This document shows positions 6,535 to 10,739 of a stretch of 10,739 nucleotides of DNA, piece by piece. This DNA is from Nitrososphaeraceae archaeon. GTDB taxonomy: Archaea; Thermoproteota; Nitrososphaeria; Nitrososphaerales; Nitrososphaeraceae. The DNA lies in assembly GCA_044870765.1 (NCBI GenBank), contig JBIOZG010000001.1, positions 1-10,739 of the forward strand. Direction: 5' to 3'. The notes under the pieces are model-generated. The model was not told the origin of the DNA. It ran no database searches and saw only the letters and a list, made by a program, of their open reading frames with translations. A program made the translations under genes and the position numbers. Every line of letters starts with the position of its first letter. Position 1 is the first letter of the stretch.

Positions 6535-8079
6535 TTGTCACATTTGTCACAAGAGGACGTAGATACATTTCTTGACTTAGGTTGGATAGTGGACTCTCAA
6601 TTACATCCAATGTGTTGTATCCAGTCTAAGGAGAGACCTGACTATTCGGATATGGTCCGTATTCCAACCAAGAAGATGGACAAGCATACGGTAATAATAG
6701 CTCAATCGGGCTCTGGAAAGTCATTCTTCCTTGGAAGACTTGTTGAAGAAATTATGATCAAATCAAAAGCAAGGTGTCTGATTTTAGATCCTAACGGCGA
6801 TTTTAGGAAGATTTACAAAATTGATGAAGAACTGTGGCGTCCTAATCAACCTCTAGTAAAAAAATATGACATAAAGACAGGCAAGGGGAAACTCACCCTT
6901 GAGACCAAAGATAAATTTGCAGAAAAATGGGGTCCGGTAATAGACGATTTTATCATAAAGACAAACAGAGTTCCAAAGGAACCCAATGCGGAGGAGCTAA
7001 AAGTATGGTGGCCATCAATATCCCTCGAATTTCTCATACAGAGTGATAATCCAAGGAGTACTGAAATGTTTCACTGTCATAATTGGGCAAAGGAATTGTT
7101 CAATCAATTTGCCCAATTTTCTGATGATACCGATGGAGAGGACATCATAGTCAAAGTCAAGAATATTTTCAAATCGCTGCAAGAGATACCCAATGAGGAA
7201 AGAGAGAAAATGGTAAAAAGATTGAGAACGGATGGAAAAAAAATGGGTGAAAATTTGGGAATAATCACGAATGATACGACTAGGACTAAAATGAGCAAAT
7301 TGTTAAAAAACGCAATCAAGTCAGGCTCCTTATATGATTCACTCATATCATTGGGAGCGACAAGCTTGGGTCACGAATCTATGGAAAAAGCCAAATTTGT
7401 ATTTGAATCATACAGTTGGGATACAGTAAACTCTTATTTTGGATTAATTGAACGGTATCAAGCTCTTGATGTTCTTGCAAAGAGATCTTATTCTTCGAAA
7501 CATCAGAGACGCTTGGTGGTAGTAGATTTGCCTTCCATAAATAATAATGAGTTAAGAGCACTTGTTCTTAATTCAATACTAACTGAAGAATGGGAAAATG
7601 CTGAAAAGAAATGGGAAGAAGCCATGAAGAGTCCTCGTAATGAAGATCGAAGGGTACCTACTTTCATAGTACTAGATGAAGCACATAATTTTATACCTGC
7701 AAGTCCGCGTTCTAGGCATGAATCCTTGGTTAGAGAACAATTTCGTACAATCGCAGCTGAAGGAAGAAAATTCGGTTTGTTTCTTATCTTGGTGAGTCAA
7801 AGACCGGACAAACTCGATGATTTAGTCCTATCCGAATGCGGTAACAAAGCAATTTTGCATCTTGATTCCCAATCAATGGTGGATAAGGTTATCAAAACAC
7901 TTGGATTAGACTTTGACATAGAATCAATTGAGCGAGAAAGAATTGTGAACTTTAAACCTGGGAGAGTTCTTCTTGCAGGAAACTGGGCATGTGAACATAA
8001 TATATTCTATTGCGCAGCAAGAAGAACTTTAGAAGGAGGAAGAAACCTGGAAGATGAATATTGGGCAAGGCCGACTTGA
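6535..8079 (+). CDS. HerA/FtsK-superfamily P-loop ATPase (DUF87-type), lacking an N-terminal HAS barrel
   Basis: KHTVIIAQSGSGKS (Walker A within about 55 aa of the start), LILDPNGDF, LVVVDLPS, TFIVLDEAHNFIP (Walker B), IAAEGRKFGLFLILVSQRP (Arg finger and sensor). The TTG start is preceded by GGGGG; the exact start is uncertain. Confidence 0.92.
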   Translation: MSHLSQEDVDTFLDLGWIVDSQLHPMCCIQSKERPDYSDMVRIPTKKMDKHTVIIAQSGSGKSFFLGRLVEEIMIKSKARCLILDPNGDFRKIYKIDEELWRPNQPLVKKYDIKTGKGKLTLETKDKFAEKWGPVIDDFIIKTNRVPKEPNAEELKVWWPSISLEFLIQSDNPRSTEMFHCHNWAKELFNQFAQFSDDTDGEDIIVKVKNIFKSLQEIPNEEREKMVKRLRTDGKKMGENLGIITNDTTRTKMSKLLKNAIKSGSLYDSLISLGATSLGHESMEKAKFVFESYSWDTVNSYFGLIERYQALDVLAKRSYSSKHQRRLVVVDLPSINNNELRALVLNSILTEEWENAEKKWEEAMKSPRNEDRRVPTFIVLDEAHNFIPASPRSRHESLVREQFRTIAAEGRKFGLFLILVSQRPDKLDDLVLSECGNKAILHLDSQSMVDKVIKTLGLDFDIESIERERIVNFKPGRVLLAGNWACEHNIFYCAARRTLEGGRNLEDEYWARPT

Positions 8080-8628
8080 AAAAAGAATCGATGTATTGCA
8101 TTTCTGTTCATATTTTTGCTGACGTTTGTCTTAGGAGCCTTTATTACTTTATCGAGACCGAGAAAATATTTAGTTCCAGCCGTTATGGATTTAAATTCTT
8201 GAACTTGTAGCTAATTAACTATATACTGACGTTATTTTGATAACTGGACTTAAAATCTTGAAATAATTTTTGCTTGATATTCTCGACAAGATTTTTTACC
8301 TCGTAAACATCATTTAGCTCATTTAATTTTTCTGATCTTATTCCGAGTGATTCCAACTCGGATACCCACGGGATGAGTGATTTGGGAATTCCGGTTTTCT
8401 GAGTATGAAGCTTTATTTGCACAATATAAAAATGATCCGAACTTTATAAAAAGATAGAGCTAACGAAATCTTTAGATAATAAGAAATCAAGTTGGATGAT
8501 TCTAGTTTTGCCAGATATCATGTTAGAAAAACAGCTCCCGGCGCATTATAATTTTCAGATATTTGAGTAATCAGTTATGAAGCTAATTCAATTTCGCTAA
8601 TTGATTTTGCAGGAAGTTCATGCATCAT
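8080..8628 (-). pseudogene. Probable decayed gene convergent on the ATPase
   Basis: Minus-strand protein-like pieces broken by stops and frameshifts: MMHELPAKSISEIELAS*LITQISENYNAPGAVFLT*YLAKLESSNLISYY, then VQIKLHTQKTGIPKSLIPWVSELESLGIRSEKLNELNDVYEVKNLVENIKQKLFQDF (ORF 8219-8422), then LQVQEFKSITAGTKYFLGLDKVIKAPK. No family was recognised. Confidence 0.35.
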
Positions 8629-8812
8629 ATTTTGCTAATATATTATAAAAATAACAAGTAACTTGAAGAAATTATTATATTACAAGAACCGAATAGCACC
8701 CATTATTTTCTCAGATAAATCTTTGTTAGAGTATATGTATGTTTTCAGTTCTTTCGCAATCGTAGTCAGGATCGGAATTTGAACTAACAAGTACTATTGC
8801 ATCTGGTCAGAA

Positions 8813-9049
8813 CTATGTTTTTGCAGTTTCGACCTGTATAATCCATTCACAGTTCACATTAGCCTTTTCATGATGCTTCCTAACAGCTTCCTCATTTGGT
8901 GCATCAAGTACACAGAAACATACATTCGCGTCTTTATTGAAAAGAAGATCCACATGAGCTACACCAAATTCATCCCTAGGTGATGCACAGAGCTCTTGAA
9001 GATGTTCCTTAGTAAAAGGAACTTTGTGAGTATCCATAAATATTGGCAT
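8813..9049 (-). CDS. DUF4242 / SCO4226-like small metal (nickel)-binding protein
   Basis: MPIFMDTH...FGV.H....NKDANVCFCVLDAPNEEAVRKHHEKANV.CEWIIQV matches the MPxFMDxH..FCLxxAPxxEAVxxxH pattern; a strong SD lies upstream. Confidence 0.88.
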   Translation of the reverse strand: MPIFMDTHKVPFTKEHLQELCASPRDEFGVAHVDLLFNKDANVCFCVLDAPNEEAVRKHHEKANVNCEWIIQVETAKT

Positions 9050-9059
9050 CTAATAGTAT

Positions 9060-9099
9060 ACCTCCTTTTCAAAAGACCAATCACGCATATAAGTTTCAC
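9060..9099 (-). promoter_or_regulatory. BRE/TATA promoter and Shine-Dalgarno for the DUF4242 gene
   Basis: Minus strand GTGAAA-CTTATATG (9099-9086), and AAGGAGGT (9067-9060) 10 nt before the ATG at 9049. Confidence 0.6.
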
Positions 9100-9240
9100 C
9101 CTTAAGATTGAATTCCTTGTTGAATCAAAAGAAATCTTTATCCTAAAAAAAGTAAATAAAATGCTTTCTGCCATGAATTTTATATCCTTTTAAGCGAGAT
9201 TCGACTAGGATATCTTAATATCTCATTTTAAAGGTTATAA

Positions 9241-9258
9241 TAATAAATAAAAAAATAG
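9241..9258 (-). terminator. Oligo-T archaeal terminator after the 9259-9588 ORF
   Basis: The minus strand reads CTATTTTTTTTATTTATTA-like T-rich sequence directly after the TAA. Confidence 0.5.
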
Positions 9259-9588
9259 TTATTTCAAAGATTCAACTTGTTTTATTTGTTGATGAAATTC
9301 TGCTTCAATCTCGTCTGATACTTCAAGTATAAACCTAATCTGATTCATAACGGATAATCGGTAGTAATTTAATATATCGCCTTCCATATTTTTGGATTCA
9401 CGCTCTACGTCATGAATCTGCTGTTTTACCCTTTCCATTATTTCATCGCATATAAGAACTGCTATTTCTTTCTGAAATTCAACATGATCCTTATTTTGTT
9501 TCTTCAAGTGTAGTCTTAATAATTTACTTATTTTTCGTTTAGATCTATCATTGCTCATTTCTTGAATCATCCCCCGCATTTCCCACAT
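9259..9588 (-). CDS. Hypothetical charged helical protein (true start may be MSNDRS at 9558)
   Basis: 109-aa ORF with amphipathic helical composition, immediately followed by an oligo-T tract; no family was recognised. Confidence 0.7.
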   Translation of the reverse strand: MWEMRGMIQEMSNDRSKRKISKLLRLHLKKQNKDHVEFQKEIAVLICDEIMERVKQQIHDVERESKNMEGDILNYYRLSVMNQIRFILEVSDEIEAEFHQQIKQVESLK

Positions 9589-9714
9589 ATATCCTGTCTA
9601 TCTAACAATTTCCCACAATTTGGCATGATTTAATGTTACGATCAACTGAATTGTGTTGAGTTTTAACCATTTTATAATTTGTTGACTATTCTGTAAACAG
9701 CCAAGAACACATAT

Positions 9715-9762
9715 GGGGCTGGTGGGGTTTCTTGTTCACTATCAAAGCCTCCCACCAGTTCT
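9715..9762 (+). ncRNA. Candidate structured RNA hairpin
   Basis: GGGGCTGGTGGGG (9715-9727) pairs with TCCCACCAGTTCT (9750-9762): 13 bp including 4 G.U pairs, forming a GC-rich island in AT-rich DNA. TTTATAA lies upstream at 9671-9677. Confidence 0.35.
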
Positions 9763-9780
9763 AATTAACTTTAAAGACTA

Positions 9781-9812
9781 AAAATATTAAATATTAAATA
9801 AAAAATAGTTTT
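9781..9812 (-). terminator. Oligo-T terminator after the 56-aa zinc-finger ORF
   Basis: Minus strand AAAACTATTTTTTATTTAATATTT follows the TAG; it shares the AACTATTTTTT..ATTTA core seen at 9241-9260. Confidence 0.5.
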
Positions 9813-9983
9813 CTACTTTGATTGTACTAAAATAGGTTTAGCAAAATCAAAGTCGTGTAATCCATTTCTAGTTGCTGTAATAGTGCAGGGAATATTATCT
9901 TTCATAAAACTTGACCACATCGTGTCACAAATTCTGCACTTAAATTCGCCTGGAGCACTGTCTGGTTTTATTGTTCTTACCAC
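9813..9983 (-). CDS. 56-aa putative zinc-binding micro-protein (CxxC...C...H), not in the ORF track
   Basis: GTG start: MVRTIKPDSAPGEFKCRICDTMWSSFMKDNIPCTITATRNGLHDFDFAKPILVQSK*. TATA-like TTATAC lies about 22-27 nt upstream and an oligo-T terminator lies downstream. Confidence 0.75.
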   Translation of the reverse strand: MVRTIKPDSAPGEFKCRICDTMWSSFMKDNIPCTITATRNGLHDFDFAKPILVQSK

Positions 9984-10029
9984 AGCATACTTATAGCAAC
10001 TCAGGTATAATTACCCTTGTTTTATTTAC

Positions 10030-10182
10030 TTATTTGATAAGAATAATGAGTCCAAGGATTAATGGCCCAACCGTCAATATTAAAGATAAACACGATCCAC
10101 TTGAGATGTATGACTCACCATTACCTGATGATCTTCATAGGTGCCAAGCCAATCTTATTATCCATGCTATCAGCTTGGCCAT
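10030..10182 (-). pseudogene. Possible small membrane-protein relic with an in-frame TGA
   Basis: MAKLIAWIIRLAWHL*RSSGNGESYISSGSCLSLILTVGPLILGLIILIK*: hydrophobic at both ends, with TGA at 10137-10135. Confidence 0.3.
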
Positions 10183-10354
10183 TTAGATGGATAACGGTCT
10201 GGTTGGCTACAACATAAAATAAATCTAAATAATCTCCTCGCACTTTCTCTCGAGATTTTATTGTGTAAATAGATGTTTGAGGTTGTTATAATTAATCTTA
10301 AGAAATCAAAGAAAATGGCTCTAATCAATGGAAAAAATTAGGTTCCCTTTAGTA

Positions 10355-10510
10355 TCAAAGGTTATTTACCCTGCAGTAATTTGAGGAATGTATAACATAT
10401 TCCACTGAATTGCATTCAGCACAATTCCACGAAATGTATTCGTGACATACAATGCACAAAGAGATAGGATTCAAATTTGATCCACATCCTCTGCATGAAC
10501 ATCTATTATA
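10355..10510 (-). pseudogene. Triple-CxxC zinc-finger micro-protein frame lacking a canonical start codon
   Basis: YNRCSCRGCGSNLNPISLCIVCHEYISWNCAECNSVEYVIHSSNYCRVNNL*: three CxxC pairs plus a distal H and C. It is bounded upstream by TAG (10513-10511) with no ATG/GTG/TTG before the first CxxC. TATA-like TTTATAC lies at about 10539-10533. Confidence 0.65.
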
Positions 10511-10652
10511 CTATTAGATCAGGTAACATATTGTATAAAGGCTATACTTCGTGTATATTTACTCGTGTATCATTACTACTAATTTCCAAGATATTCTTTT
10601 AGAAATTCTTGTCGAAGATAAGAATAAATTAAAATATCAAGGTTAATAACGG

Positions 10653-10739
10653 ATGAAAGATAAAGTAATGACGTGTTATACATAATCAGTTCAGTGTTAA
10701 TAGGTGTGATTTTGCTACTATCTTTAACTGTGGCTAATA
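10653..10739 (+). CDS. 5' end of a probable secreted/membrane protein running off the window (GTG 10673, or ATG 10653 with a frameshift)
   Basis: From 10673 the frame reads VLYIISSVLIGVILLLSLTVAN, is open to the window end and looks like a signal-peptide core. ATG AAA GAT AAA at 10653 is one base out of frame and has TTAAAATA at 10629-10636 upstream. Confidence 0.5.

Noticed and set aside
6846-7561. Minus-strand ORFs 6846-7037, 7104-7346 and 7379-7561
   Set aside because: Antisense shadows inside the ATPase gene.
6535-8079. Canonical herA of the herA-nurA-mre11-rad50 operon, or a Sir2-HerA system
   Set aside because: No HAS barrel and none of the partner genes are adjacent, so no gene symbol was assigned.
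8342-8362. Hairpin TCCGAGT-7nt-ACTCGGA
   Set aside because: A single 7-bp stem within a coding-like relic; it is not repeated and is not CRISPR-like.
8959-9193. ORFs 8959-9174 (-) and 8996-9193 (+)
   Set aside because: They overlap the DUF4242 gene and its clear promoter/SD, and have low-complexity AT-rich translations.
9815-9940. Inverted repeats ACTTTGATT/AATCAAAGT (9815-9853) and AGTGCAG/CTGCACT (9882-9940) as a structured ncRNA
   Set aside because: Both lie within the 56-aa zinc-finger CDS, which explains the region better.
9971-10186. Listed 71-aa plus-strand ORF
   Set aside because: It has a TTG start and no motif, and overlaps the start and promoter of the better-supported minus-strand micro-gene.
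1-10739. tRNA, rRNA, CRISPR array, IS/transposase or integrase
   Set aside because: No cloverleaf, regularly spaced repeats or recombinase motifs were seen on either strand by eye.

Overview
AT-rich accessory-type window that reads like an ammonia-oxidising archaeon of the Nitrososphaeraceae. This is an inference from archaeal TATA/BRE-type promoters about 25-30 nt before start codons, oligo-T terminators and the protein families present. Intact genes are a 5'-truncated multidomain surface protein (HYR, Ig-like, helical, PKD-like and two recently duplicated Big_9/cadherin-like repeats), a RutB-like isochorismatase-family amidohydrolase, a small secreted protein, a secreted CHRD protein, a stand-alone sugar-phosphate nucleotidyltransferase (possibly CUG-initiated), an orphan HAS-barrel-less HerA/DUF87 ATPase, a DUF4242 metal-binding protein and a helical hypothetical protein. 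Reading the 'intergenic' DNA by hand shows small genes missed by the ORF track: a 34-aa single-TM peptide, a 60-codon two-TM ORF whose in-frame UAG lies inside a long RNA hairpin, a 56-aa CxxC..C..H protein and a start-less triple-CxxC micro-protein. There are also several decayed gene relics and one GC-rich, G.U-containing hairpin that may be a small RNA. No rRNA, tRNA, CRISPR array or transposase was recognised. No complete novel system is demonstrated; the best leads are the amber-in-hairpin small membrane gene pair divergent from the orphan HerA-like ATPase, and the metal-binding micro-protein cluster.
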